This document shows, piece after piece, positions 10,361 through 22,280 of a stretch of 27,391 nucleotides of DNA. The DNA is taken from the NCBI GenBank assembly GCA_964449665.1, contig CAYUZM010000001.1:1-27391 (forward strand). Direction: 5' to 3'. Source of the stretch: an uncultured Solibacteraceae bacterium. GTDB taxonomy: Bacteria; Acidobacteriota; Terriglobia; Bryobacterales; Bryobacteraceae. The stretch's first letter is position 1. Every line of letters starts with the position of its first letter. Under the pieces are notes generated by a model that searched no databases, was not told the origin of the DNA, and saw only the letters and a program-made list of their open reading frames with translations. The position numbers were made by a program, and so were the translations under genes.

Positions 10361-10436
10361 GGTCGTGTGGCGGCGGTCCTTATTCAGCCATTGTAGGGGA
10401 GTGGAAGAGGGAGGGGCAAGGGGAAGGGGCTGGAAG

Positions 10437-10994
10437 TCATCGCGCCCCACATGGTCGAATCGGCCGGCCTCTGTAGCGCTCGGCTAGCGCGTTGATAGAC
10501 TCCGGCGTGGAATTGCGAATGAACTGCCTCCAAAGCTCGAAGCACTCCTGCGCAAGTTCAAGTGCATCGGTCGGCCCACGAACCGTCCTCAGCGTGAGCT
10601 TGATCGACGTGACCTTCATACCACGAGGTGGGTCTATCTTAACGCGCCGACTGTGACTGGCTGGGACCGAACCACTTCGGTAATGATCGAGGGTGAAGTG
10701 CTTGTTCCCGTTGCAAATGTCCGCGCAAATCCTCAAGGCCTCTGATTCGGCGACAAACTGCTCGATAGCTTTGCCCTTTACCTCCTTGTCCACTTGGTCC
10801 AACCATTCCGGGCCGCATCTCAGCCAGTCTTTAATGTGGTGGCAATTTAGGAAGAACGCGAGCACGTAATCCAGAGGGTCGTCCCAATCGCCCAATTCCT
10901 GAGACTCGCCTGAGTAGATTCGCCGTAGGCGGCCCAGCCACCGTTCGGTTCGGTAGAACTGGAAAGTTGCATTTGAGCCGAACTCAGGATCCAT
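10437..10994 (-). CDS. Hypothetical alpha-helical protein, possibly HEPN-like
   Basis: 185-aa ORF with conserved-looking blocks 'AFFLNCHHIKDWL' and 'ICADICNGNKH'; starts 2 nt after the hicA stop; somewhat AT-richer than the flanking genes. The family call is inference only. Confidence 0.6.
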   Translation of the reverse strand: MDPEFGSNATFQFYRTERWLGRLRRIYSGESQELGDWDDPLDYVLAFFLNCHHIKDWLRCGPEWLDQVDKEVKGKAIEQFVAESEALRICADICNGNKHFTLDHYRSGSVPASHSRRVKIDPPRGMKVTSIKLTLRTVRGPTDALELAQECFELWRQFIRNSTPESINALAERYRGRPIRPCGAR

Positions 10995-10996
10995 TG

Positions 10997-11218
10997 CTAG
11001 AGGAGCCCCTCAAACTCTTCCGACGTCATTCCCGCGGCGCGAAGAATTGCCCGCAGTATGCCACGGTCGAGCACTTTGTGGTCCGGCACCACAACTTGAG
11101 CATACGGATGATTGCGGCGGAGAATCATGTGGCTGCCCTCTTGCCTGCGGAATACGAAGCCCGCGCCTTCCAGCGCCCTTCTGCACTCCTTGCCGGAAAC
11201 AACGGGTAGGCGGCTCAC
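10997..11218 (-). CDS. hicA: Type II toxin-antitoxin HicA-family toxin (dsRBD-fold mRNase)
   Basis: 'LPVVSGKECRRALEGAGFVFRRQEGSHMIL...VVVPDHKVLDRGILRAILRAAG' with the catalytic GSH motif; start overlaps the hicB stop. Confidence 0.92.
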   Translation of the reverse strand: MSRLPVVSGKECRRALEGAGFVFRRQEGSHMILRRNHPYAQVVVPDHKVLDRGILRAILRAAGMTSEEFEGLL

Positions 11219-11433
11219 ACCGAGATCAGCAGCGCTTCGGAGCGTTCTTCCGGGATTGGAAGATGGTCCTCTTCAAGTGCCGCGATGTAGCCTCGAATCG
11301 CTTCTTTGGCGTTGGCGATGGCTTCATCTCGTGTGTCGCCTTGCGTGACGCAGCCGGGAAGGCTCAGGCACTCGGCAATCCAGTAGCCGTCCTCGCCAGG
11401 CCGGATCACGACCTGTCTGGGTGTGCTCTCCAT
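11215..11433 (-). CDS. hicB: HicB-family antitoxin, short form with no HTH/RHH domain
   Basis: 'EDGYWIAECLSLPGCVTQGDTRDEAIANAKEAIRGY...LPIPEE'; 72 aa. Confidence 0.92.
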   Translation of the reverse strand: MESTPRQVVIRPGEDGYWIAECLSLPGCVTQGDTRDEAIANAKEAIRGYIAALEEDHLPIPEERSEALLISV

Positions 11434-12051
11434 TCTCTCCCCATGATAATCCCGATGCTATTTTCAAAGCGTGGAGATCATCGGCACGCTCGACCGCAAT
11501 GTGCGCTCGCTCGCCCTGCTGCCCGCTGCGTTTCATCCACCTACCCGCGCGCATGAGGCGATGATGCAGGCGGCGCTGCGGCATTGCGACGCGGTGTTGG
11601 CGGTCTTGCCGCGAACGTTGCCGCACAAGGAGTACGACGCTGTGGGGCTGGAGCAACGGTTAGAGATCGTGCGGCCGATGCTGGGCGAGCGGATGGGGCT
11701 TGCTGTGAGCGCGGGCGGGTTGTTCTATGAGATCGCCCGCGAGGCGCGCGAGCATTTTCCTGGTGCAAACATGCACCTGGTGTGCGGCCGGGATGCGGCG
11801 GAACGGATTGTGGGCTGGCGGTATGAACGGCACCCCGCGATCGAAGAGCAATTGCGCGAGTACAGGTTGTTGGTAGCCGCGCGGGGCGGAGAATTCGCGG
11901 CGCCGGAAATGCTGCGCGACGGCGTGGCATCCCTAGAATTGGCGGGCGCATTTGACGACGTGAGTTCCACCGAAGTGCGCGCGCGCATGGTCGCCGGGGA
12001 ACCGTGGGAACACTTGGTGCCCGGCGCGAGCGCGGACCTGGTGCGCCGCTA

Positions 12052-13665
<1,614 letters not shown>

Positions 13666-13818
13666 CAGGTTTCCCTTAACGCGGCGTCCGCCGGATTATC
13701 CGGCCAGCACTTGCGGGTGCCTGCCCAACGCCGCTGCATTCCACCGTTCTCATCGCTACGCCCCTCAAACCTTCCTTCCTATTAAAGCAAAGGAACGGGC
13801 GGCGCATTTGCCCTACAG

Positions 13819-15555
13819 TCACGCCGAAGAACGCTTACTCCGGTTCAACTCCTGCATCAACTCCATCGCTTCGTCGAGACGCCCTTCGCGCTCGGCCTCG
13901 CGAATGCGAACCTTGAGCTGCGTCAACCGCGAGTCCCGCCCTGATGCTTCCATACGCGACAAACAGGCCTGCGCCTGGCTCAAACTAAACTCCTCATTCT
14001 CGATCTCATCGGCAAAAGTGAGCCGCGCCAGCAGGGCACGGTCGGAATCATTTAGCCGCGATTCAAGCGCCGCAAAGTCGAACGGCTCCCCGGTCGAGAG
14101 AATCGCGCGGAAAATCGACACGCCTTCCAGCGGCTGCTCGTCCACCAGAGCCGCCAGCCGTTCGGCGAGTTGATCGCGCGCTTCGGCGGAATGAATCAGA
14201 CAGCGTAGGAGCAGCCGCTCATTGGCCGGAACATTGGTGGCCGGGGCTGCGCCCGGACGCTCGGCCGTGCGCTGCACCGCCATCTTGCGGAACTGATCGA
14301 GCACCAGAGAGCGCTCCACGCCCAGGTATCCGGCGACATCCTCGGCAATCGCCGCGCGCTCCAGTTTGTCGGGAATGCGCTGTATCGCGGGCATCAAAAA
14401 CTGCAGCCCCGCCATGCGGCCTTCCGCCGAGCGCATGTCGAATTTCGAACGCGCGCGGTCGGCGAGCCAGTGGAAATAGCGCGGCGCGTTGCGGATCGCC
14501 TCGACGTAGCCCTCGGCCCCGTTCTCGTTGACGAACTCATCCGGGTCGAGCCCCCCCGCCAGTTCGAGAACCTTGATCCGCATGCTCTCGTCGAGCAACA
14601 GTTGGATCGCGCGCTCGGCGGCGGCGATGCCCGCCTTGTCGGGATCGAAGTTTACCACCACGTTCTCCGAATGGCGGTGCAGCATCCGCACCTGCCCCGA
14701 GGTGAACGCCGTGCCGCACGGCGCAATGGCATGCGGGAATCCGGCCGCGTGAAGACCGATCACGTCCATGTAGCCTTCCACCAGAATCGAGTAGCCCTTG
14801 TCGCGGATTGGCTTGCGCGCGCGATGCAGGTTATAGAGCACGGAGCTCTTGTGATAGATGGCCGTCTCCGGCGAGTTGATGTACTTGGCCTGCTCGTCGT
14901 CGCTCAGCGCGCGCCCCGCAAACGCGATGAGCTTGCCTGTCTCGTTGTGGAGCGGGAACATGAGGCGGTTGCGGAACCGGTCGTAGAATCCCGGTCCGTG
15001 CTGGCTCGGCGCCACCAGGCCGCTGTCCTCCATTTGCTGCGGGCTGAACCCGGCCTTCTCCAGCGCCCGGACAATTACTTGGCCGTCGCGCGGCGAATAG
15101 CCTATGCCGAATTCTTCCTGGTGCTCGCGGCTCACACCGCGCCGCGTCACATACTCGCGCGCCTGCGCGCCGGCCTGCGAATGGAACGCCGCGACGAACG
15201 CCTTCTGCGCGATTTCCTGCGCCTCGTAAATTCCCGCGCGCTTCTTCGTGTCGGCATCGGCCGGTTCGCTGCGCTTGGGCAGCGGAATGCCGTAACGCTC
15301 GGCCAACTGGACGCAGGCTTCCCAAAAGCTCAACGCCTCGATCTCCATCACGAAGTCGATCGAAGATCCCTTCTTGCCGCAGCCGAAACAGTGAAACCAC
15401 TGATGCGATGGACGTACGTGGAACGAGGGCGTCTTCTCCTGGTGGAAGGGGCACAGGCCCTTGTATGTATTCGGTCCGGCCTTCTGCAGCCGCACGTACT
15501 CGCCCACCACGCGGACGATGTCGATCGACGATTTGAGGTGGCTGGCGAAGTCCAT
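13819..15555 (-). CDS. dnaG: DNA primase
   Basis: Zn finger '[11 protein letters not shown]...HCFGC', '[11 protein letters not shown]', 'KYINSPET', TOPRIM 'VEGYMD...FDPDKAG...LDPDE'. Confidence 0.97.
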   Translation of the reverse strand: MDFASHLKSSIDIVRVVGEYVRLQKAGPNTYKGLCPFHQEKTPSFHVRPSHQWFHCFGCGKKGSSIDFVMEIEALSFWEACVQLAERYGIPLPKRSEPADADTKKRAGIYEAQEIAQKAFVAAFHSQAGAQAREYVTRRGVSREHQEEFGIGYSPRDGQVIVRALEKAGFSPQQMEDSGLVAPSQHGPGFYDRFRNRLMFPLHNETGKLIAFAGRALSDDEQAKYINSPETAIYHKSSVLYNLHRARKPIRDKGYSILVEGYMDVIGLHAAGFPHAIAPCGTAFTSGQVRMLHRHSENVVVNFDPDKAGIAAAERAIQLLLDESMRIKVLELAGGLDPDEFVNENGAEGYVEAIRNAPRYFHWLADRARSKFDMRSAEGRMAGLQFLMPAIQRIPDKLERAAIAEDVAGYLGVERSLVLDQFRKMAVQRTAERPGAAPATNVPANERLLLRCLIHSAEARDQLAERLAALVDEQPLEGVSIFRAILSTGEPFDFAALESRLNDSDRALLARLTFADEIENEEFSLSQAQACLSRMEASGRDSRLTQLKVRIREAEREGRLDEAMELMQELNRSKRSSA

Positions 15556-15992
15556 TATTCGAAGGTCTTGTCGATCGTAAAGGCGAGCGGCCGCGCTTTG
15601 TCCGCGTGGGCCGCAATGCGTACGCGCGCCGCGGCCGCCTTTGCCCGGGTAACCGGGTAACGTGTCCCGGTGCCCGGCAACACGAAGGTGTCCGCGCCGC
15701 CGTCGCGTTCAATCGCGCCCGTGGCTTCCACCTCGATGCGCTGAATCTTCTCTCCCCCCTGTTCGATAAAGTCGCGAATGAGTTCGAGCCGGACTCGGTT
15801 GTTCGCCGCCAGCCGCAACGTTACGACTCCGTTCGGATCGAACGCCAGATCCTCCACGCCGCGTGTTTTGCGAAGCCGCGCTTCGAGCGACTTGGCGCAA
15901 TCCAAGCACCCGCTCGGCGTGTAGCGAATGGTGATCGTGTGGAACTCGGCGAACAAGGGGGCGGCAAGCAGCATGAGCAGCAGCGGTTTCAT
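15555..15992 (-). CDS. Secreted heavy-metal-associated (HMA-like) domain protein
   Basis: Signal peptide '[15 protein letters not shown]', then '[21 protein letters not shown]' (CxxC HMA pattern). Start at ATG 15992 overlaps the epimerase stop; the TAA stop overlaps the dnaG ATG. Confidence 0.7.
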   Translation of the reverse strand: MKPLLLMLLAAPLFAEFHTITIRYTPSGCLDCAKSLEARLRKTRGVEDLAFDPNGVVTLRLAANNRVRLELIRDFIEQGGEKIQRIEVEATGAIERDGGADTFVLPGTGTRYPVTRAKAAAARVRIAAHADKARPLAFTIDKTFE

Positions 15993-17083
15993 GCGGCGCT
16001 CCTTGTAGCCGGGGTGACCCCCAGCCCGGGCTTCGCCGGCAGTACCAGCCGTCCGTCCACGACTTTCACACCGGAATAAGGATCGTTCCTGAGCAGCAGG
16101 TTGCCGTCGAGGTCGGCGTAGTCGAGCAATGGCGCAAGCTGAGCCGCTGCCGTGATGGCCAGCGAACTCGACACCATGCAGCCCACCATCACCTTGAGCC
16201 CGAGTGAACGGGCGATCTGAATCATGCGGTAGGCTTCGAGCAAGCCGCCGCATTTATCGAGCTTGATGTTCACGCCATCGAAGTAGGGCGCGACCTTCGG
16301 AATGTCGGAGGCCTGCAGGCAGGCCTCGTCGGCGAGCACGGGAATGTGGACACGATTGCTAATCCAGTTCATCTCCTCCAGCCGCGCGGCGGGCAGGGGC
16401 TGTTCAATCAACTCGGCGCCCTGCTTTTCCAGCCAGTTGATCTTCTCCACCGCCTCTTCCTTCGTCTTCCAGCCCTCGTTGGCATCCACGCGGAGCGGCT
16501 TCTTCGTTTCCGCGCGGACGGCGGCTATGGTGGCTTCATCGGTATCCAGGCCCACCTTGATCTTCAGCACCGGGTACGGCGCCGCCTCGCGAACCTTTTC
16601 GCGTGTTTTCTCCGGCGTGTCGATGCCGATCGAAAACGTCGTGAGTGGACCTTCTTTGGGGTCGAGACCGAACAACCGGTAAACCGGAACACCCAGCCGC
16701 TTGCCGTTCCAATCCATCACCGCCGCGGCGACGGCGGCCTTGGCGGCCCACTCGCCTGGAATGCGCCGGTTCACCTCTCGTAGCGTCTTGTCGTATTGCT
16801 CCGGCGGGAACTCGCGAAAGAAGCCCGGACCCAGCTTTGAATTCAGAGCGGCGCATCCGGTTTCGGCCGACTCGTGATACCGCACAATCGGCGCGCCTTC
16901 GCCGAGGGCGGTGATGCCCGCGTGTTCCAGCGTGAACAGGATCGTGTCGCGGTGCTCGCTTGACGACATGGTCGTCGTCCAGGTGTGGCGCAGGTACAGC
17001 CGCATCGGTTTGGCGGCTGGGGAGGCGGAAGCGGCGAACGCAGCGGTGGCCGTGGCTGCGCCGAGGAAACGGCGGCGATCCAT
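15989..17083 (-). CDS. Dipeptide epimerase (L-Ala-D/L-Glu epimerase, enolase superfamily) with a Tat signal
   Basis: 'MDRRRFLGAA' twin-arginine leader; 'LKIKVG', 'LRVDANEGW', 'IEQPL', 'LADEA', 'VNIKLDKCGG', 'MVGCMVSS', 'ADLDG'. Confidence 0.88.
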   Translation of the reverse strand: MDRRRFLGAATATAAFAASASPAAKPMRLYLRHTWTTTMSSSEHRDTILFTLEHAGITALGEGAPIVRYHESAETGCAALNSKLGPGFFREFPPEQYDKTLREVNRRIPGEWAAKAAVAAAVMDWNGKRLGVPVYRLFGLDPKEGPLTTFSIGIDTPEKTREKVREAAPYPVLKIKVGLDTDEATIAAVRAETKKPLRVDANEGWKTKEEAVEKINWLEKQGAELIEQPLPAARLEEMNWISNRVHIPVLADEACLQASDIPKVAPYFDGVNIKLDKCGGLLEAYRMIQIARSLGLKVMVGCMVSSSLAITAAAQLAPLLDYADLDGNLLLRNDPYSGVKVVDGRLVLPAKPGLGVTPATRSAA

Positions 17084-17104
17084 AACAGCGATGGTAACGC
17101 GTGC

Positions 17105-19132
17105 TTACTGCACCAGCGCGACGGCCTTCTCCGCGACGGCTCGAAAATTGGCCAGCGCCGCGGCGAGTTCCACTACACCCGCTTGCGCATCGGCCTTGCG
17201 CTCCAACTGCAGCGACTCGTTCACGGCCGGTAACGTCACCGATCCATAGCCGGTGTAGAGCCCGGGCGCCGAAAGTTGGTGCTTATACCATTCCCGCTGT
17301 GGCAGTCCGCGCGGGCGCGTGAGCGACTGTTCGGCTCCAATCAACAGCACGTTCAGCTTACTCAGCTTGCCTCCATCGAGCGCCGGCGCCGCTGCGAGGG
17401 CCTTGTCGAACCTGGCGGCAACCGGTGCGAGCTTGTCCAATTCAGCCGTAACGGCGGATGTGTCGATGCCTTTGGCCTCGGCGATCCACTTCCGCACGTT
17501 GCGTTCCACCGCCGAAAATGCGATCGGTACGACGGGCGCTTCGCTTGCGCGTAGAATCGCCGTCGACGTCAATTGGCTGAGCTTTCGCGAATACACGAAG
17601 TCCTTGTCCATATGATTCACGAACCACGCGGTGGAATCGTAAATCGAATGGTAGGTGCCCGCGCCGCCCGCCGAGCCGAAGCCCACGTTGAGGCTCGCTA
17701 TTCCCGCGTGATGGACGAAGGCGACGTAATCCGAACCCGCTCCCAACGGATTGAGTTCGGTCTTCTCGGGATGGTCTTTTTCGTCCAATGCGTCCCGCAT
17801 CACTTCGGCGAAGAACGCTTCGAGCGTACCCGAGCCGCCAAACCCAAGCTTGCCGCCCGTGTTGGCGTCGGTGTTGATATAAAGCGCCGTCTTGCGTTTC
17901 AGCTCGTCGCGATGCTTTTCCACCCACTCCGTGGAACCGATCAGCCCGAACTCCTCGCCGTCCCACAATGCGAATTTGATCGTGCGCTTCGGGCGCCAGC
18001 CCGACTTCGTCAATTCAGCCAGCGAGCGCGCCGATTCGAGCAGCGCCGCCGCCCCGCTCACGGGGTCGGAGGCGCCGTTCACCCAGGCGTCGTGATGGTT
18101 GCCATAGATCACCCATTCATCGGGCCTCTCCGAGCCGGGAATCGTCGCAATGACGTTATAGAGCGGCTTCGTCGTCCAATCGAAGTCGACGGCAAGCCGC
18201 ACCTTCGCCGGGCCGGGACCAATGTGATACGTCAGAGGCAACGCCCCGCGCCATTCAACCGGAGCCACTGGTCCTTTGAGCGCCGCCAGCAGAGGCTGCG
18301 CGTCGGCGTAGCTGATGGGCATCACGGGAATCTTCATGATGCTCGTGGCCTCGGCGCGCGCCAGCTTCCGAGCGCCCTTCTCGCTGGCCCAGCCGGGGGA
18401 AAGGGGATCGCCCACATAGACGGGCATATCCATCACGCTGCCGCGCTGCACGCTCTCAGCGGGACGCCATGGACCTTCCGGGAACGCATCGCCGCGGTAG
18501 TAGCCGTCGTCGTGCGGATCGGAATAGATGAGGCAACCGATCGCCCCATTTTCCTGCGCCGTCTTGGCCTTGGTGCCGCGCCACGACCCGCCATAGCGCG
18601 CAATCACGATCTTGCCCTTTACATCGATGCCCAGCTTCTTGAGCTGCGCGTAGTCGGCGGGAATGCCGTAGTTCACATAGACGAGATCCGCCGTCACGTC
18701 GCCGGAGGCTGAGTACGCGTTGTAGGTCGGGAGTTGGTTCTGGTCGGTCGAATCTGGATCGGCCTTGAGAAAGGGCTCGTAAAGCTTGGGTGTGAAACCC
18801 GAGGGCGCGATCAGCTCAAGGGTGCGCGACTTCGGGTATGGCAGCAGCGCCTCAAACTCTTCCACCTCCACTTCCAGGCCCCAGGAACGCAGCAGTTCGG
18901 CTGCATATTCGGCCACCGCTTTCGAGGCCGGCGATCCGGCGTGGTGCGGTTCAGCCGCCATCTTTTCCAGGTACTGCCGCGCCCGGACGGGGTCTGGAAT
19001 CGCGCGGGCCTTGGCCTCCAGCGCGCGCTGCGCCTCGGCGCCCGGCGCGGAGAAACCACGCATCGTGGGCGTCTGCGAGAAAAGAGGAAGAGCGAGTGCC
19101 GCCAGCAGGGCGGCGCGTCGGAGATGTGTCAT
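17105..19132 (-). CDS. Secreted M28-family metallopeptidase (glutamate carboxypeptidase II / transferrin-receptor-like; PA + M28 + dimerisation domains)
   Basis: Signal peptide; PA domain 'YVNYGIPADY...GKIVIARYG'; 'GNHHDAW', 'GASDPVSG', 'WDGEEFGLIGSTEW', 'GSDY', 'YHSIYD'; C-terminal 'WYKHQLSAPG'. Confidence 0.9.
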   Translation of the reverse strand: MTHLRRAALLAALALPLFSQTPTMRGFSAPGAEAQRALEAKARAIPDPVRARQYLEKMAAEPHHAGSPASKAVAEYAAELLRSWGLEVEVEEFEALLPYPKSRTLELIAPSGFTPKLYEPFLKADPDSTDQNQLPTYNAYSASGDVTADLVYVNYGIPADYAQLKKLGIDVKGKIVIARYGGSWRGTKAKTAQENGAIGCLIYSDPHDDGYYRGDAFPEGPWRPAESVQRGSVMDMPVYVGDPLSPGWASEKGARKLARAEATSIMKIPVMPISYADAQPLLAALKGPVAPVEWRGALPLTYHIGPGPAKVRLAVDFDWTTKPLYNVIATIPGSERPDEWVIYGNHHDAWVNGASDPVSGAAALLESARSLAELTKSGWRPKRTIKFALWDGEEFGLIGSTEWVEKHRDELKRKTALYINTDANTGGKLGFGGSGTLEAFFAEVMRDALDEKDHPEKTELNPLGAGSDYVAFVHHAGIASLNVGFGSAGGAGTYHSIYDSTAWFVNHMDKDFVYSRKLSQLTSTAILRASEAPVVPIAFSAVERNVRKWIAEAKGIDTSAVTAELDKLAPVAARFDKALAAAPALDGGKLSKLNVLLIGAEQSLTRPRGLPQREWYKHQLSAPGLYTGYGSVTLPAVNESLQLERKADAQAGVVELAAALANFRAVAEKAVALVQ

Positions 19133-21096
19133 GAGCCGAGACCTTTGGTGAGAAATGCCTTGAATTCCTGTGTGTCTTTGGTCAGCCCAACATGGCTGGC
19201 GCGCACGGCCTCGGTGCCGTCAAGCACGACATAGTGCGGAATGGCGACGGTTTGAAAGCGGCCTTCCTGGAGGTTGCGGTTTACCTCGCTGGCGGCGTCG
19301 GTGCCGTCGGTATAAAGTTCCACGAGAACGAAGCCGCCAAGGGCCTCGGCAATCTCGGGCTTGGTGAACATGTTGGCCTTCATCCATTTGCAGTTCGTGC
19401 AGGCGTAGCCGGTGAAGTTTACAAAAAGCGGCTTGTTCTCCGCTTTGGCGCGGGCCAGCGCGCCCTGATAGTCGTCCTTGATCCACTCCAGTTTCGAGCC
19501 GCCGCCGGAGGAAGCAAAGGGCGACGACTTCGGCGACGGGATGTAGGCGTCCAGTTCCCCAAGCGGCGCGCCGAACATGCCCGGCAGCAGACTCACGCTC
19601 ACGATCAGAAACGCCGCGCCCACCAGCGCGCGCGCCACGCCCACCGTCTCGTCGCTCTTGATGCCTTCCATGCGCAGGAACCCGAGCAGATAGAGGCCGG
19701 GCAAAGCGAGAAGCACGATCCACGCGGCGAGGAAGCGCTCGCGCGAAAGCAGGTCCCAGTGCATCACGACGTCGACACTGGAGAAGTACTTCACGGCGGC
19801 GGCGAGCACCAGGAAGCCCATCACGACTTTTACGCGCATCAGCCACCCGCCGGAACGCGGCAGCCGTTTCAGATATCCGGGGAACAGCGCAAGGAAGAAG
19901 AAAGGCGTGGCGAGTCCGGTGGCGAAGCTCAACATGCCGAGCGCGGGTTGCAGCTTGTCACCCTGTACCGAGGCGGCGAGCAGTGTACCCATGAACGGAC
20001 CTACGCAGGCGAACGAGGTGAGCGCGAACGTGAGGCCCATCAGCAGCATCGGCAGCAGGCCCGATCCTTGCGAGGCGTTGTTCATCCGGTTCACCAGCCC
20101 CGACGGCAGCGTGATCTCAAACGCGCCCAGCAGGCTCAGTCCGAAGGCGACGAAGACGAGCGCGATGAAACTGTTCACCCAGGGATTCGAGCCGATCTGC
20201 ACAACGCCAAACGGGCCAAGTAGCGCTGTCGCGCCCAGGCCCAACGCCGTGAAGATCAGAATGATGCCGAGGCAGAAGGTGAGCGCTTTCGGTACGGGAC
20301 TCCCGGCGGGCGCGGACGCTTGGCCAGGAGCGGTCAGCGTGGCGCTGCCGCCGAGAAAGGCCGAGACCGTGAATGGAATCATCGGGAAGACGCACGGCGT
20401 GAAAATCGAAGCCAACCCGAAGCCAAAGGCGACCGCCAGGAACGCGAGCAGACTCTCCTTGGGCGCTGGCGCTGCGGCGGGCGCGGCATCCGGGTTGGCC
20501 GGAGCCGTGGCCGCGCTGCCGCCGCCCGCTGGAAGCGCCGTATATCCAGCCGGAATCGCGCGCGCCACCGCGCCTGCGCCCGGCGCCTTTGTGTTGAGCG
20601 AAACCGTCGCGCTCCTGCGCACGGGCCGCAGGCAGATCTTATCCGAACACACCTGGTAGCGCGACGACGCGGCAAGTTCCAAAACCTCGGGCACGCTCGC
20701 GCCCAGCTTCGCTTCGATCAGGAACACGACTTCGTGCTCAAAGCTCTGCGCCTCGTTATTGAAGTTCGGGTCGAATTTCTTCGCGGGCGCCGGCTGATAG
20801 ACCTGGAACGAGGCGACCGCCGGATTCTCGTCGAGCTTCAATTCTGTTGGGATCGGGCCGGGTGGTGTGGTGGGCGAGTAAAGGTGCCAGCCTTCATCGA
20901 TGGTGGCTTTGAATTGCAGAATCACCGTTCCATGGGCGGCAATCGGCTGGGATTCGGCGGTGAGCTCCCAGGCAACAGGATGCTTGGTGGGGGACTGGGC
21001 GAAAGTAGTAACGGCGAAAAAAAAGAGTAAGCTAGTCCGCCGAAGCAGCGGTTCCAGAGTTGGTCCAGCGGTGCAGTTCGTCCTCGATCTTTTCAT
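19129..21096 (-). CDS. dsbD: DsbD-family thiol:disulfide interchange protein (N-terminal Ig-like domain, TM domain, C-terminal thioredoxin); true start probably 20-60 nt downstream of 21096
   Basis: 'GWHLYS...[10 protein letters not shown]', TM '[10 protein letters not shown]' and 'FACVGPF', thioredoxin '[12 protein letters not shown]'. The ORF-track start overlaps the plsX 3' end. Confidence 0.88.
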   Translation of the reverse strand: MKRSRTNCTAGPTLEPLLRRTSLLFFFAVTTFAQSPTKHPVAWELTAESQPIAAHGTVILQFKATIDEGWHLYSPTTPPGPIPTELKLDENPAVASFQVYQPAPAKKFDPNFNNEAQSFEHEVVFLIEAKLGASVPEVLELAASSRYQVCSDKICLRPVRRSATVSLNTKAPGAGAVARAIPAGYTALPAGGGSAATAPANPDAAPAAAPAPKESLLAFLAVAFGFGLASIFTPCVFPMIPFTVSAFLGGSATLTAPGQASAPAGSPVPKALTFCLGIILIFTALGLGATALLGPFGVVQIGSNPWVNSFIALVFVAFGLSLLGAFEITLPSGLVNRMNNASQGSGLLPMLLMGLTFALTSFACVGPFMGTLLAASVQGDKLQPALGMLSFATGLATPFFFLALFPGYLKRLPRSGGWLMRVKVVMGFLVLAAAVKYFSSVDVVMHWDLLSRERFLAAWIVLLALPGLYLLGFLRMEGIKSDETVGVARALVGAAFLIVSVSLLPGMFGAPLGELDAYIPSPKSSPFASSGGGSKLEWIKDDYQGALARAKAENKPLFVNFTGYACTNCKWMKANMFTKPEIAEALGGFVLVELYTDGTDAASEVNRNLQEGRFQTVAIPHYVVLDGTEAVRASHVGLTKDTQEFKAFLTKGLGS

Positions 21097-22060
21097 TTAG
21101 CTTCTCCCGCGCGTACTCGGCGGCGACGCGGATGGCGTTCTTCATGGCGTTGACATTCGAAGAGCCATGACAAATGATACAGACGCCTTTAACACCCAGA
21201 AGGGGAGCACCACCGTACTCAGAATAGTCGATCCGTCGTTTGAACTTCCGGAATCCGCCTCTCGCCAAAAAAGCGCCGATTCTCCCCAACGCGGTCGAGG
21301 TGAGCGATTCGCGCAACGTATGCGTGACGAGGTCGGCAACGCCTTCGCTGATCTTTAGGGCGACATTGCCCGTGAATCCGTCACAGACAACCACATCCAC
21401 GCTTCCTTTATACAAATCGCGGCCTTCCACATTCCCGATAAAATTGATCGGGAGCGTTTTCAGCAGCGGCGTGGCCGCTTTGGTGAGTTCGTTGCCCTTG
21501 TGCTCCTCTTCGCCGATCGAGAGCAGACCCACGCGCGGATTCTCCAGGTGGAGAATGTTGCGTGCGTACACTTCGCCCATCACGGCGAACTGGGCCAGCA
21601 TGCGGGGCGTGCAGTCAACATTGGCGCCGACGTCGAGCAGCACGGCCGGGTTGCCGTTGCGCGTCGGAAGCGTTGTCGCCAGCGATGGGCGCTCCACGCC
21701 ATGCACAATGCCCTGCACCATCTTCGCCGTCGCCATGACCGCGCCGGTATTTCCCGCCGAAACGACGCCATCGGCGACACCGTCGCGAACCAGCCGGCTG
21801 GCGACACGAATCGAGGAGTCTTTCTTCGATCGCACGGCCTTGGCGGCCGAGTCGTCCATGGTGATCACCTCGGACGCATGGACGATCTCGATGGGAAGCT
21901 GCTTCCAGCCCGGATGCTTGTCCAGTTCCGGACGCACCACCTCCTCACGGCCCACCAGGAGAATCTTGACGCCATAGGCGTAAGACGCCGCAAGAGCCCC
22001 TTCGACTTCGATGTGCGGGGCGTTATCCCCACCCATGGCGTCGACGGCGATGGTGACCAT
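21032..22060 (-). CDS. plsX: Phosphate acyltransferase PlsX
   Basis: '[12 protein letters not shown]', 'VSAGNTGA', 'LLDVGANVD', '[11 protein letters not shown]', '[14 protein letters not shown]', 'GAPLLG', 'HGSS'. Confidence 0.96.
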   Translation of the reverse strand: MVTIAVDAMGGDNAPHIEVEGALAASYAYGVKILLVGREEVVRPELDKHPGWKQLPIEIVHASEVITMDDSAAKAVRSKKDSSIRVASRLVRDGVADGVVSAGNTGAVMATAKMVQGIVHGVERPSLATTLPTRNGNPAVLLDVGANVDCTPRMLAQFAVMGEVYARNILHLENPRVGLLSIGEEEHKGNELTKAATPLLKTLPINFIGNVEGRDLYKGSVDVVVCDGFTGNVALKISEGVADLVTHTLRESLTSTALGRIGAFLARGGFRKFKRRIDYSEYGGAPLLGVKGVCIICHGSSNVNAMKNAIRVAAEYAREKLNEKIEDELHRWTNSGTAASAD

Positions 22061-22078
22061 GTGAGAGGCCGTGGCGGT

Positions 22079-22258
22079 CTACTCCTGGACTTCGATGACT
22101 TCGCGGGTCTTGTACTTGCCGCAGTGCGGGCAAGCGCGGTGCGGCACCATCGCCTGGTGGCACTCGGGGCACTCGGCAATGGCGGGCTTCTTCAGAAAAT
22201 CATGGGCGCGGCGGGTCGAGGTGCGGCGCTTGGAGTGGCGTCGTTTTGGATTCGGCAT
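22079..22258 (-). CDS. rpmF: 50S ribosomal protein L32
   Basis: Missing from the ORF track; translated by hand: MPNPKRRHSKRRTSTRRAHDFLKKPAIAECPECHQAMVPHRACPHCGKYKTREVIEVQE* (59 aa, two CxxC). Confidence 0.96.
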   Translation of the reverse strand: MPNPKRRHSKRRTSTRRAHDFLKKPAIAECPECHQAMVPHRACPHCGKYKTREVIEVQE

Positions 22259-22280
22259 GATGCTACCTGACTAATTCCTT

